The notes: generated from the sequence alone by a model not told the origin. Positions 19,544 through 29,808 are shown, counted from the stretch's first letter. The stretch is DNA of 64,000 nucleotides from Bacteroidia bacterium (GCA_044357345.1 JBIKPR010000003.1:23887-87886), one strand, 5' to 3'. A program made the numbers and translations.

Positions 19544-21166
19544 GTGAATAAAATAGTATTATCAATTAGGAAATGTCCTTACGAATGGCTTTCAGCTGTC
19601 TTGTTGTTTGTATATTTCTTTCCAGTCATATTTATGCCCAATAAAGCTTTGTTTTTAATCCATGACAATATGGATGGAACGATACCTTTATTGGTTTTTT
19701 TAGGTAATTCAGAGGCCTATTTTGCTTCAGGACAAACAATTGTAGATGGTGTGATGGGAGGAGTTCCAAGAGCTACTCTTCCATCTGCATGGAATTTTTT
19801 GAGTTTGAGTTTTTATATTTTTCCTCCATTATTTGCATATGTCTTTCACTATGCCATCCAACATCTTATCGCTTTTTTTGGGATGAGGACTTTTATTCAA
19901 TCATTTATTTCAAAAGATAAAAAAATACTGAACGGCGTTGCTCTCGCATTTGCTTTTTTACCATTTTTTCCTGGAGCAAGTATGACTGTTGCAGGATTGC
20001 CAATATTGGCATGGGCATTGGTTGGTATTTTTAAAAAACAAAATACAGTTTACCATTGGTTAATTGTAATTTTATTTCCATTTTTTAGCTCTCTTCCAAT
20101 TGGAAACATGTTTGGTTTTCCAACATTATTTTTACTTTCATTATTAGGTGTTTTTTACAATCATTGGAATTTAAGTTTTAGAATTTTTTTACCATTTATA
20201 GTTCTAAGCATCTTCACTATTGTTTCAGAATACCAACTTATTGAACTAATCCTCTCTGGATTTGAGTCCAATAGAGTTTCTGAGATAGCCAGTCAAAGCA
20301 AACTTAATTTCAAAGGTGTTATTGGAACAACTATACTAGGTTTTCTGTTCGGTCATTATCACTTTCATAGTTTACATATACTTGTATTTATTTCTGCATT
20401 CTTTTTAGGCATTTATCTTATTGTTAAAAGAAAATTGAATGATTTATTGTCAATATTAGTTGTGCCATTTTTGATATTGTTCTTTTGTTTTATGACTATA
20501 TACATTCCGTACAGCGGTATATTAGGAAATGTGCAAATCAATATTCGATTTTGGGCTATTTTTCCATTTCTATGGTATGGATTATTTGCTTTTGTCTTAA
20601 GAGTAATCAAAATTGGCCAAATAAGTAAATTATTAATCCTTTCTCAGGTATTATGGACAATGTTCTTGGTTTTTCCCAATGACTATTATGGATCAAAGGA
20701 TGCCGAAAATGTATTTGCTCAAACCTTTATTAAGTCTAGCCAAAATGAGTATTCAACGTTTGAAAACTATTATAAAATAGCCGATTTTACAAAGATTTCA
20801 CAAAACTTCCCTGAGATTAAAAAAAGCAATATTGTTTGTTTGGGTTTTGTGCCCGGTATTGCATTGTTCAATGGTTATAAAACTTACGATGCTTATCTCA
20901 ATATCTATCCATTGGAGAAATGGAAAAATTGGAAGACAATTAATAGTGAAGAATATAAACTTTCAAAGGAAATGGATTTCTTTTCTAATAAAGCTTTTTT
21001 ATTTTCAAATGAACTAGAAAATGGCAATAAAATTACAACTGCGCTAAAGTGGAATTTAATTGAATTAAGAAAAGCCAATGTAAAATATATTATTTCAACT
21101 TTAAATGAAATACCAGGGTTTGAAAAATCGGCCCAGTTAGGTTCATTATCGATATATAAATTATAA
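19544..21166 (+). CDS. Polytopic membrane protein with a C-terminal soluble domain (GT-C-like / candidate periplasmic glycan-modifying transferase)
   Basis: 540 aa with a GTG start. There are more than 10 hydrophobic segments over about 380 aa, then a hydrophilic tail. It lies immediately upstream of a GtrB-like GT2. Confidence 0.55.
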   Translation: MNKIVLSIRKCPYEWLSAVLLFVYFFPVIFMPNKALFLIHDNMDGTIPLLVFLGNSEAYFASGQTIVDGVMGGVPRATLPSAWNFLSLSFYIFPPLFAYVFHYAIQHLIAFFGMRTFIQSFISKDKKILNGVALAFAFLPFFPGASMTVAGLPILAWALVGIFKKQNTVYHWLIVILFPFFSSLPIGNMFGFPTLFLLSLLGVFYNHWNLSFRIFLPFIVLSIFTIVSEYQLIELILSGFESNRVSEIASQSKLNFKGVIGTTILGFLFGHYHFHSLHILVFISAFFLGIYLIVKRKLNDLLSILVVPFLILFFCFMTIYIPYSGILGNVQINIRFWAIFPFLWYGLFAFVLRVIKIGQISKLLILSQVLWTMFLVFPNDYYGSKDAENVFAQTFIKSSQNEYSTFENYYKIADFTKISQNFPEIKKSNIVCLGFVPGIALFNGYKTYDAYLNIYPLEKWKNWKTINSEEYKLSKEMDFFSNKAFLFSNELENGNKITTALKWNLIELRKANVKYIISTLNEIPGFEKSAQLGSLSIYKL

Positions 21167-21181
21167 AGAAATGTTATTAAA

Positions 21182-22099
21182 ATGAAAATTTCAATTGTAA
21201 GTCCAGTTTATAAAGCCGAGAACATTCTAGACGAGTTAGTCAAAAGAATAGTAACGGAAGTGTCGAGAATTACTGATGATTTTGAACTCATATTAGTTGA
21301 AGATGGTAGTCCCGACATCTCATGGGAGAAAATAGAAAAAAACTGCAATTTGGATAAAAGAATTAAAGGCATCAAATTATCAAGAAATTTTGGTCAGCAT
21401 CATGCAATTACTTGCGGATTAGACAATGCAGCTGGAGAGTGGGTAGTTGTAATGGATTGTGATTTACAAGATAGACCAGAGGAAATTATCAAATTATACC
21501 AAAAAGCATTAGAAGGTTTTGATATTGTTTTTGCAAGAAGGTTTAATAGAAAAGATAAATTCATTAAAAAATTAAGTTCAAAAATATTTTATAAAACTTT
21601 TTCATATTTGTCAGGTATAGACCAAGATGGTACAATTGCTAATTTTGGAATTTATTCAAAAAATATTGTTGAAAAAGTAATTCAATTGAGAGAGCCGATG
21701 AGAGCGTTTACTCCAATGGTTAAATGGATTGGTTTTAATTCAACTAACATCAATGTTGAACATGCAGAAAGATTGGAGGGTAAAACTTCTTATAATTGGA
21801 GTAAGCTAATCAATTTAGGGTTAGATATAGCTTTAGCATATAGTGATAAGCCATTAAAATTAACGGTAAAATTGGGATTTTTAATTTCTTTCTTTTCTTT
21901 CATTTTTGCAATAGTAAGTATTGTAAGATTTTATATTGGGAGTATAACTATTACAGGTTATACTAGCTTACTCGTTTCAATTTGGTTTTTATCAGGATTG
22001 CTTATCTTTATATTAGGTATAGTAGGCTTGTATATAAGTAAAATATTTGAAGCTGTAAAAGCTAGACCATTATATGTAATTGAAAATAAAACATTTTAA
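21182..22099 (+). CDS. GT2 polyprenyl-phosphate glycosyltransferase (GtrB/ArnC-like)
   Basis: 305 aa. Motifs are SIVSPVYKAEN, LVEDGSPD and MDCDLQD. Two C-terminal TM helices are present (LGFLISFFSFIFAIVSIV and LLVSIWFLSGLLIFILGIVGLYI). Confidence 0.8.
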   Translation: MKISIVSPVYKAENILDELVKRIVTEVSRITDDFELILVEDGSPDISWEKIEKNCNLDKRIKGIKLSRNFGQHHAITCGLDNAAGEWVVVMDCDLQDRPEEIIKLYQKALEGFDIVFARRFNRKDKFIKKLSSKIFYKTFSYLSGIDQDGTIANFGIYSKNIVEKVIQLREPMRAFTPMVKWIGFNSTNINVEHAERLEGKTSYNWSKLINLGLDIALAYSDKPLKLTVKLGFLISFFSFIFAIVSIVRFYIGSITITGYTSLLVSIWFLSGLLIFILGIVGLYISKIFEAVKARPLYVIENKTF

Positions 22100-22100
22100 A

Positions 22101-22889
22101 ATGAATATAAAAACAGATAATCTAAGTATTGGCAAAAATTCTTATATAGATCCTACAGCAAAAATTGTAGGTTTAAATGGAAATGCAAAAAATATTATCA
22201 TAGGAGATAATGTTTATATTGGTTCCAATGTTCAAATTATTTGTGATGATTTTAAGATAGGTGACTATAGTAAGATACAACACAATACTAATATTCACGG
22301 ATATTTGCCATGTAAAATAGGGCACAATGCTTGGATAGGACAGTTTTCTATTATTGATTGTATTGGTGGAACAACAATAGGTAATAATTGCGGTATAGGG
22401 GCACATTCACAAATTTGGAGTCATATTAAATTTGGAGATACTTTAGAAGGTTCTAGGTTTCTATCAGAAAAACCTGCAATAATTGGTAATGATGTTTGGT
22501 TTGTTGGACATTGTATTGTTTCGCCAATTATAGCAGAAGATAAGTCAATGGCAATGGCTGGTTCAGTAATTACTAAAAATATGAATTTTAATGAGATATA
22601 TGCTGGATCACCTGCTAAAAGTATATCTGATAAAGTTGGATATCAATTTGTAGATAATACTTTAGATTATAAATTTAAAAAAATGCAATCATACCTTAAT
22701 GATTTTGAAAGAAACATTGATAAACCACACAATATAAAAATCGTAAAAGACATAATTAACATAAATCAAAATGATGAATTTTCTTATTTTGATGTGTCTA
22801 CAAGAAAATATACTAAAAAGTTAACAACTGAAGAAGTTATGTTTATGAAGTTTTTATTACCAGCAAAAGCTAAATTTATACCTTTTTAA
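22101..22889 (+). CDS. Left-handed beta-helix (hexapeptide-repeat) sugar N-acyltransferase
   Basis: Hexapeptide-repeat runs are present (IIIGDNVYIGSNVQI, IGHNAWIGQFSII, IGNNCGIGAHSQI, IGNDVWFVGHCIV). I prefer the ATG at 22101, 1 nt after the upstream stop, over the TTG at 22080. Confidence 0.7.
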   Translation: MNIKTDNLSIGKNSYIDPTAKIVGLNGNAKNIIIGDNVYIGSNVQIICDDFKIGDYSKIQHNTNIHGYLPCKIGHNAWIGQFSIIDCIGGTTIGNNCGIGAHSQIWSHIKFGDTLEGSRFLSEKPAIIGNDVWFVGHCIVSPIIAEDKSMAMAGSVITKNMNFNEIYAGSPAKSISDKVGYQFVDNTLDYKFKKMQSYLNDFERNIDKPHNIKIVKDIININQNDEFSYFDVSTRKYTKKLTTEEVMFMKFLLPAKAKFIPF

Positions 22890-22890
22890 A

Positions 22891-24039
22891 ATGACTCCTT
22901 TCAACAAACCCTTTTTAACAGGCAAAGAAACAGCCTATATTACCGATGCGGTTGCATCCGGTAAAATATCTGGCAATGGCAAGTATACCCAATTATGCCA
23001 AAATTATTTTGAAAATAAGTATGGTTTTCGAAAGTGTTTACTCACAACTTCATGCACAGATGCCTTAGAAATGGCAGCCATACTATTAGATATTAAATCT
23101 GGAGATGAAGTTATTATGCCTTCATATACTTTTGTTAGTACTGCCAATGCTTTTGTACTGCGAGGTGCAAAGATTGTGTTTGCAGATTCAATGAAGATAA
23201 ATCCTAATATAGATGCGCAATCTCTAGAGTTATTAATAACAAGCAAAACCAAAGCCATTGTGCCTGTGCATTATGCCGGAATATCATGTGATATGGATGC
23301 CATTATGGACTTGGCTGCCAAGAACAATCTATTTGTGGTGGAAGACGCTGCACAAGCTATTGACAGTTATTATACGGGTAAAGATGGCATTCAAAAGCCA
23401 TTGGGAAGTATCGGCCATTTGGCGGCTTTCAGTTTCCATGAAACCAAAAATATTATTTCTGGCGAAGGGGGAATGTTGGTGGTAAATGATCCACAATTTG
23501 CCCAAAGAGCAGAAATTATATGGGAAAAAGGCACAAACCGCTCTGCATTTTTTAGAGGCGAAGTAGACAAATATGGTTGGGTAGATGTAGGTTCTTCTTT
23601 TTTACCATCGGAAATAATAGCCGCTTTTTTATGGGCACAATTGGAACACTTAGAAGAGATACAAAATAAACGCAAGTCCATTTGGAAACAGTATTGGGAA
23701 GGATTGCAAACCCTGCAAGAAAAGGGTGTTCTTAAACTTCCCTTAGTGCCCGATTATGCCGCAAACAATGCCCACATGTTTTATGTGGTTTGTCAAAATC
23801 TAGAACACAGGATAAACTTAATTGATGCATTGAAAAAAGAAGAAATCCATTCAGTTTTTCATTATTTAAGTTTGCATAAAAGTCCATTCTATCAAACCAA
23901 ACACGATAGGCGTATCTTGCCTAATTCAGATTTTTATTCAGATACTTTGTTAAGGTTGCCAATGTATTATGAGTTAGAAGAGAGTATAGTCGAGAGAATA
24001 GTTGAAATAATTATGGGAATTTATAATGATCAATTGTAA
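22891..24039 (+). CDS. wecE: dTDP-4-amino-4,6-dideoxyhexose transaminase (WecE/RffA type)
   Basis: 382 aa. It is near-colinear with E. coli WecE as I recall it. Shared segments are PFNKP, SCTDALEMAAILLDIKSGDEVIMPSYTFVSTANAFVLRGAKIVFAD, NLFVVEDAAQ, FSFHETKN, EKGTNRS.FFRG.VDKY.W.D.GSS and NAHMFY. Confidence 0.85.
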   Translation: MTPFNKPFLTGKETAYITDAVASGKISGNGKYTQLCQNYFENKYGFRKCLLTTSCTDALEMAAILLDIKSGDEVIMPSYTFVSTANAFVLRGAKIVFADSMKINPNIDAQSLELLITSKTKAIVPVHYAGISCDMDAIMDLAAKNNLFVVEDAAQAIDSYYTGKDGIQKPLGSIGHLAAFSFHETKNIISGEGGMLVVNDPQFAQRAEIIWEKGTNRSAFFRGEVDKYGWVDVGSSFLPSEIIAAFLWAQLEHLEEIQNKRKSIWKQYWEGLQTLQEKGVLKLPLVPDYAANNAHMFYVVCQNLEHRINLIDALKKEEIHSVFHYLSLHKSPFYQTKHDRRILPNSDFYSDTLLRLPMYYELEESIVERIVEIIMGIYNDQL

Positions 24040-24165
24040 AGAGGGTTAATAGGTTTGAGATCTGTATTTTTTATAGTATTTAGACATTATAAATCAAGAA
24101 ATTAAAGATAATGAAAACTGTAAAAAGTATCTTATACACCTTGAAAAACTAACTAATCACTCTGT

Positions 24166-24575
24166 GGACCTTATGGTTTTAGTGAAAAATCATTTAAAGA
24201 ATGCATAGTGCATAATGAATTTTTTGAAAATTGTTTTAAGAATTAAAAAGAAATTTTGATTGAGCATTCTTAATAAAAAGTGTTGAAATTCTAATTTCCT
24301 TCTTGGGATAGCGATTAGTAACCTTTGTTTTTTAGCTGTCTACAAGCGGTAAAATTGGACAAAGATTCACAAAGTTGCTCGTGAGTGAAGCTATGAAATG
24401 CAATGTGTATGAAACAGTAAGGACAAGAATATTTAAATTTGTAAAAAGAAGTCCTTTGAAATATTAGTTTAATAGTGAATTGAAGAAAGACCTATTAGAT
24501 AGCGTAAAAGACAGTTAATAGAAAGAAGAATTGTATAATGCAAATAAAACCTTTGGTTTAAGTCCAAAATAAGTA
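24166..24575 (+). pseudogene. Decayed 3' relic of an asparagine-synthase (asnB-like) gene
   Basis: The translation AFLIKSVEILISFLG*RLVTFVF*LSTSGKIGQRFTKLLVSEAMK..ETVRTRIFK...FNSELKKDLLDSVKDS**KEEL aligns with the C-terminus of 13718..15607 (ASMMNSVEIRMPFMDWRLVTYVFSLPTSTKIGLGFTKLLLREAMK..ETVRTRTFK...FNGALKEWVLDTVKEQKQKDEL). It carries several in-frame stops and at least one frameshift. Confidence 0.75.
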
Positions 24576-24742
24576 TTAAGATGCATGTTTCAGAATTAAT
24601 GTGCAAATAATACGGTAGATAGAAAAGTTGTTTGTTATTAGTTAAATCAAAAAATTTACCTCGGCAAATTGATTTGGAAATATAATAAATAGGTAAAGAA
24701 ATTTTTTTGTGCAATATTTGAGTAAAAAAATAAAGTAATATA

Positions 24743-26020
24743 ATGAAAATAGGAATATTAGGTTTAGGGTATGTTGGCATAGTAAATGTAGCTTGCTTAT
24801 CAAAACAAGGGTATACTGTTTATTGTACAGATGTAAAAAAACAAAAAGTTATTGCAGTTAAAGAAGGCAAAAGTCCAATTTTAGAACCGCAAGTAGAAGA
24901 ATTGATTCAATCTGGATTGGGGAAAGGACTGATTATTCCAACAGAAGACGTCAAAGAATTAATAGAACAATCAGATATTTTAATTACTTGCGTAGGAACA
25001 CCCAGCAAAATAAGCGGTGAAGTAAACTTAGATTATCTAACCAATGTAGTTATTGAAATCTGTTCATTTCTTAAAGAAGAGGATAAAAAATACCTTGTAT
25101 TTAGAAGTACAGTGCCACCAGGTACAACAGAAATGTTGATAGATAAATATATTTCTAAAAAGTTTCCCAATGTGCAAACTGTTTTTTATCCTGAATTTTT
25201 AAGAGAGGGTACTGCAGTAAAGGATTTTTTCAACTATGGAAGGTTTGTGCTTGGGGCAGAAAAAAGCAAAAACTATGATGAACTAATTGACATAATACAT
25301 TCAGATAAAACTGCGCCTGTTTTTATAACTGATTATAAAACTTCTGAGTATGCAAAATATATAGACAATGGATTCCATGCCCTAAAAGTTGTATGGGCAA
25401 ATGAAATCTTTGGCTTGGGCGCCGAATTGGGTGTTAATGTATATGACTCTCATCAAATATTTGTAGCTGACGATAAATTAAACATCTCTTCAAGGTATTT
25501 AAAACCTGGAACACCATTTGGAGGTTCATGTTTGCCAAAGGATGTAAGAGAATTACAACATTTAAAAACCAAATCAAACAGAAGTTTTAAACTTATTGAA
25601 AGCCTTATTCCAAGTAATGATTCATTTATTGCAGATATCATAGAAAAAATCAAAGCATTCGAAAAACTTAAATTAGGTTTTGTCGGTGTTACATTTAAAA
25701 ACCATTCGGATGATCTTAGAGAAAGTCCTATTTTGAGAATCTTATTGGCATTAAGACAGCAGGAAACTGAATATGAAATAGCGATATTTGATGAGGATAT
25801 TAATTCAGCCAATGTTAGGATTGAATTTCCTTTTTTGTATTCAGGAATAAAAAATTTAGAAGAAGTAATTTTAGAGTCAGAATTGTTGATTGTTTCCAAA
25901 AGATATTTAGAGCAAGTACTGGCTAATAAAAAATCCAATCAAATTATATTTAATTTATCTGATAATAAAACGGCCAGTAATAAAGACTTGATCTACAACC
26001 TATATTGTCCGAATGCATGA
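24743..26020 (+). CDS. Nucleotide-sugar 6-dehydrogenase, AlgD (GDP-mannose dehydrogenase)-like
   Basis: 425 aa. Segments that track P. aeruginosa AlgD as I recall it more closely than Ugd are MKIGILGLGYVGIVNVACLS, GKSPILEP, CVGTPSK, RSTVPPGT, YPEFLREGTAVKD and KLNISSRYLKPGTPFGGSCLPKDVREL. Confidence 0.8.
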   Translation: MKIGILGLGYVGIVNVACLSKQGYTVYCTDVKKQKVIAVKEGKSPILEPQVEELIQSGLGKGLIIPTEDVKELIEQSDILITCVGTPSKISGEVNLDYLTNVVIEICSFLKEEDKKYLVFRSTVPPGTTEMLIDKYISKKFPNVQTVFYPEFLREGTAVKDFFNYGRFVLGAEKSKNYDELIDIIHSDKTAPVFITDYKTSEYAKYIDNGFHALKVVWANEIFGLGAELGVNVYDSHQIFVADDKLNISSRYLKPGTPFGGSCLPKDVRELQHLKTKSNRSFKLIESLIPSNDSFIADIIEKIKAFEKLKLGFVGVTFKNHSDDLRESPILRILLALRQQETEYEIAIFDEDINSANVRIEFPFLYSGIKNLEEVILESELLIVSKRYLEQVLANKKSNQIIFNLSDNKTASNKDLIYNLYCPNA

Positions 26021-27186
26021 CTTTAATCTATGTTTATATAGGAGGAAGTAAAGCTTCAAGTGTTCAACAAAAAGTGGTGAACCAAGTCAAAGAGATGAAT
26101 GCGCATGGTATGAAAGCTATAGGTTGGTTTTTTACACAAGAAGTAGAGGTGGACACTTCTTTTGGAGAATATATAGTGTTAAAACCACTAAAAAATTATT
26201 CAAAAAAATACGAGTTTTTTCAAAAAAACTATGAGGAGCAGTTCCATTATAAACAAATTATAGAGGCGCTTAAGGATGCGAGCTTTGACATTCTGTTTAT
26301 TCGCCATGGTAGTCCAGGAACAGCCTATTTTAAGATGTTAAAACAATGGGCGAATAAAATATATTTATATATTCCTTCAAATTCTATTGCAGAGAACTTT
26401 CAAGAGAGAAAAGCAAACAAATCCAATTCAACTGCATCATGGATTATTGGTTGGTTTCAATACTTTTGGTTCATTTGGTTCATGCATTACAGATTGTTTT
26501 GGTTTGTATTACCTAAACTAAAAGGTGTGGTAGCATTTACACCTGAATTTGCCAAAATGCTTAAGCTTAAAAGCTTGAGTAAGGCAAAAACTATTTACAA
26601 CAGGGATGGCGCAGATTGTCCTAACGTTAAAGTAAGAACTTTTTTACCTATGAATCCTAAGGTTTATTCCTTTGTTTTTTTAAAAGGAAGTTCGATGCAA
26701 CAGCCATGGGCAGGTTTGGAGCGTTTGATTGCCAGTATCAAAGCAAGACCCGATATCCCTTGTCAATTATATATTACGGGAAAAGTATATAATCCTGAGG
26801 ATTTTCAAGAATCTTTTATTCAATTAACCGATCGTTTAGAAGATGATAAATTAGCAGAATTAATTAACGGTGTTGATGTTGGGGTAAGTAATTTGGCAAA
26901 TTACATGATTCAGTTTAATGAAACCACGAACCTTAAAAGCAGAGATTATTATGCGCGAGGACTTCCATTTATTCAAGCCAACACAATGCCAGATATTGAG
27001 GGAACAAAAGGAGCGGATTATTATTTGAACTTACCTAACAACAGTCAGTTAATCGATATGGATAAGGTAGTCTCATTTATTGAAAAAATGCGTAAAAATC
27101 ATAATCATCCAAATGAAATGAGAAATTATGCAGAAGAAAATTTGAGTTGGAATAAAACGGTTGGTGAATTGATAAAAAATATATAA
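26017..27186 (+). CDS. Hypothetical protein, possibly a glycosyltransferase, with a central hydrophobic segment
   Basis: The ATG at 26017 overlaps the upstream stop as ATGA. There is a Trp/Phe-rich hydrophobic stretch, WIIGWFQYFWFIWFMHYRLFWFVL. No diagnostic motif was recognised. Confidence 0.35.
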   Translation: MTLIYVYIGGSKASSVQQKVVNQVKEMNAHGMKAIGWFFTQEVEVDTSFGEYIVLKPLKNYSKKYEFFQKNYEEQFHYKQIIEALKDASFDILFIRHGSPGTAYFKMLKQWANKIYLYIPSNSIAENFQERKANKSNSTASWIIGWFQYFWFIWFMHYRLFWFVLPKLKGVVAFTPEFAKMLKLKSLSKAKTIYNRDGADCPNVKVRTFLPMNPKVYSFVFLKGSSMQQPWAGLERLIASIKARPDIPCQLYITGKVYNPEDFQESFIQLTDRLEDDKLAELINGVDVGVSNLANYMIQFNETTNLKSRDYYARGLPFIQANTMPDIEGTKGADYYLNLPNNSQLIDMDKVVSFIEKMRKNHNHPNEMRNYAEENLSWNKTVGELIKNI

Positions 27187-27188
27187 AT

Positions 27189-28610
27189 ATGATTAAAAAT
27201 AAAGTAAAAAAATTTATTGCGGTTTTTTTATCATTGTCTTCATTGATTGTATTCTTTATAATTTCATTTTTTAGATGGAAATATAATGATGATTATGTTT
27301 TCCCTAAAATGTTAGAAACTCAATCTTTGTTAAATTTTGCAATTGACCATTATATGAATTGGGATGCAAAATTTTTAATGCCATTTGGATTGTTTTGGTT
27401 TGGGATAGTTAAGTATTTAAATTTTGATATTCTAATGCCATTGGCTTCTATTTCTTTTATAGGCATTTCATTTTTAATTGTTAAGATTTTTGAGCAACAG
27501 ACAAATGTTAGTTTTTCAATAATTAATAAAATAATTTTAACGTCAATTGTAAATGGATGCTTGTTTTTACTTATGTATCATACTCATGGCGATTTGCTCT
27601 ATTGGATGTCAGGGAGTGTCTATATACATGGAGAAATGTTCTCCTTGCTTTGGGTCTATCTATTTTACAAAAAGATGTACTCAAAAACAATTTTCTTAGT
27701 TTTCACCTTTTTTGTTAGTACAATTCCACAAAACATCGCATTTGGCTTGTCTTTTTTAATTTTAATTGAAGCAGCAGCACAGCAAAGTAATGAGCTAAAA
27801 AAAAGATATTTATTAATTTTTTCTTTGTTTGTTATTGGAATCTCATTGTCAACTTTTTCACCAGGTTCGTTTAAGCAATTGGCATACATGCAATCAAGTA
27901 GTTATAATAATATCGCGGCAAACAATAATACTGTATTTGATTATATAATTCATTTTTTTAAAATATACATAGAAGCATTAACGCCAAACTATGTCTTATT
28001 TATATTATTAAGTTTGTTTTATATTTTGACTTCCTATATAGTAATAAACATGAGGGTTAAGAAGATTAATTTTATAATGGCTCCATATATTAATAAAAAA
28101 TTTGATAGTAAAAGTTTATTGAATACAGCATTAACTTACAAGTGGTTCTTGGCTTCATTTTTTTCTTTAACTATATATTGGCCTACAATGCTATATGGAA
28201 ATAGGTATTATTTGGGATTTTATATTTTCCTATTTATAGCTTTAGTATTATTTTTAAATAAGCATGTAGAAGCAGAAAAACGCATTAACAACCTTGGCTT
28301 TATTTTAATATTGGGTTTAATTGTCTTCTTTCTTGTAAGATATTCTATTACACTTAAAGAAAGTTTTTTAGTAAATAAATTTATGAAAGATAGAGAGCAA
28401 ATTTTAAGAGAAAACAGAGGTGCTGATGAATTAACCTTAGATGTATTAGATTTTAGTAGTTTTACAAGGTCAATTAGAACCTCAGAAATTTCACATGATT
28501 CTAATTATGTTACAAATTTAAATTATGCAAGTTTCTATAATATAAAAACCATTAAAGCTAGAAATGTTATTACTAAGAATCAATTATTAACATTTCAAAA
28601 TAAAAAATAA
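27189..28610 (+). CDS. Polytopic membrane protein (candidate polymerase or GT-C-like transferase)
   Basis: 473 aa with more than 10 hydrophobic segments. It is the last gene before the IS. Confidence 0.5.
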   Translation: MIKNKVKKFIAVFLSLSSLIVFFIISFFRWKYNDDYVFPKMLETQSLLNFAIDHYMNWDAKFLMPFGLFWFGIVKYLNFDILMPLASISFIGISFLIVKIFEQQTNVSFSIINKIILTSIVNGCLFLLMYHTHGDLLYWMSGSVYIHGEMFSLLWVYLFYKKMYSKTIFLVFTFFVSTIPQNIAFGLSFLILIEAAAQQSNELKKRYLLIFSLFVIGISLSTFSPGSFKQLAYMQSSSYNNIAANNNTVFDYIIHFFKIYIEALTPNYVLFILLSLFYILTSYIVINMRVKKINFIMAPYINKKFDSKSLLNTALTYKWFLASFFSLTIYWPTMLYGNRYYLGFYIFLFIALVLFLNKHVEAEKRINNLGFILILGLIVFFLVRYSITLKESFLVNKFMKDREQILRENRGADELTLDVLDFSSFTRSIRTSEISHDSNYVTNLNYASFYNIKTIKARNVITKNQLLTFQNKK

Positions 28611-28722
28611 GCATATTTTATAATTAGCTGTATAAATATACTAGCAGATCAGTTTGTAACCCTCCCCAAAAATAGTACAGTTTAAAAAGTTACAAAAAGT
28701 AATTAATTTTAAACCGACTAAT

Positions 28723-28989
28723 ATGAGAAAATCAAAATTTACAGAAGTACAAATTTTAAAAGCACTAAAAGAGTATGAAACAGGCAGGTCAGCAGAAGAC
28801 ATAAGCCGAGACTTGGGTATTCAAAAAGTTACTTTTTATAGGTGGAAACAAGAGTATTCAGGGATGAATTCTACCCAAATGTCAGAATTAAAAGCACTAA
28901 GAGAAGAAAACCAAAAGTTAAAGACCATGTATGCCGATATGGCCTTAGACAATAAGGTTCTTAAGGATGTGTTGTCAAAAAAGTTCTGA
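28723..28989 (+). CDS. IS3-family transposase OrfA (HTH)
   Basis: 88 aa. It has MRKSKFTEVQILKALKEYETGRSAEDISRDLGIQKVTFYRWKQEY followed by a leucine-zipper-like tail. Confidence 0.9.
   Translation: MRKSKFTEVQILKALKEYETGRSAEDISRDLGIQKVTFYRWKQEYSGMNSTQMSELKALREENQKLKTMYADMALDNKVLKDVLSKKF
28977..28983 (+). other. Programmed -1 ribosomal frameshift heptamer A AAA AAG
   Basis: The heptamer is in the correct X XXY YYZ phase of orfA (tcA AAA AAG ttc tga). The -1 frame continues KVLKPCDRRERVDYIVSEY... into orfB. Confidence 0.7.
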
Positions 28990-29808
28990 AGCCTTGTGAC
29001 CGCAGGGAACGGGTTGATTATATTGTATCTGAATACAATTTTAGTCTGTCCAAGGCTTGCAAATTAATGAACCTATCCCGAACAGTGTACAAATATAAAT
29101 CGAAGAGAGATGATAGCCAGGTAGAAGACAGGGTACTTTCTTTGGCGTTAAAGAGGCCAACGGATGGCCAAGATATGATTTACTATAGAATAAGAAACGA
29201 AGGGGTAAAATGGAATTACAAACGCGTTAGAAGAATTTATATGAAGTTGAATTTAAACAAGAAAACTAAAACACGAAAAAGAATACCTGCTAGAGTAAAG
29301 GAGCCATTATTCTGCCCAGAAGAGCCAAACTATGGGTGGTCAATGGACTTCATGCACGATGCTCTGAGCAATGGCAGAAAATTTAGGACTTTGAATGTAA
29401 TTGATGATTACAATAGAGAAGTTCTTGCAATAGGAGCTCACTTAAGTATAGGCTAAAAATTGGTGACTGATGTATTAAACGATATTGAAATTGAAAGAGG
29501 AAAACCAAAAATTATTAGGGTTGATAATGGCCCGGAATTTATATCAAGTATATTAGGGGATTGGTGCTACAAGAGAGATATTAAATTGCAATTTATACAA
29601 CCCGGAAAGCCTACTCAAAATGGCTACGTAGAAAGATTTAACAGAACTTTTAGAAGAGAAATATTAGATGCATACATATTCGATAGCTTGGATCAGGTCA
29701 GATTACTGACTGAAGAATGGATACAAGAATACAACAACGACAGACCTCATGAATCATTGGGAGGAATACCTCCAGCGCTATACAGCAAGCAAAATTCTAA
29801 TTTTAAAA

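Noticed and set aside
24469-24780. A 103-aa minus-strand ORF upstream of the dehydrogenase.
   Set aside because: It overlaps the plus-strand asnB relic and the dehydrogenase start. The plus-strand homology explains the sequence.
25453-25938. A 161-aa minus-strand ORF.
   Set aside because: It lies entirely antisense to the well-supported AlgD-like dehydrogenase. It has a low-complexity composition and no recognisable motifs. It is a typical shadow ORF in AT-rich DNA.
24743-26020. Initial reading as UDP-glucose 6-dehydrogenase (ugd).
   Set aside because: The motif-by-motif resemblance is closer to AlgD-type GDP-mannose dehydrogenase (GYVG.V...CLS, GKSPI.EP, KLN.S..Y..PG..FGGSCLPKDVR). Substrate cannot be settled without alignment, so no gene symbol was given.
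28640-28654. A target-site duplication for the IS.
   Set aside because: The 3-5 nt on the two sides (..CAGTT and GTATC..) do not match. The right flank of the relic (GAGTC) does not match either.
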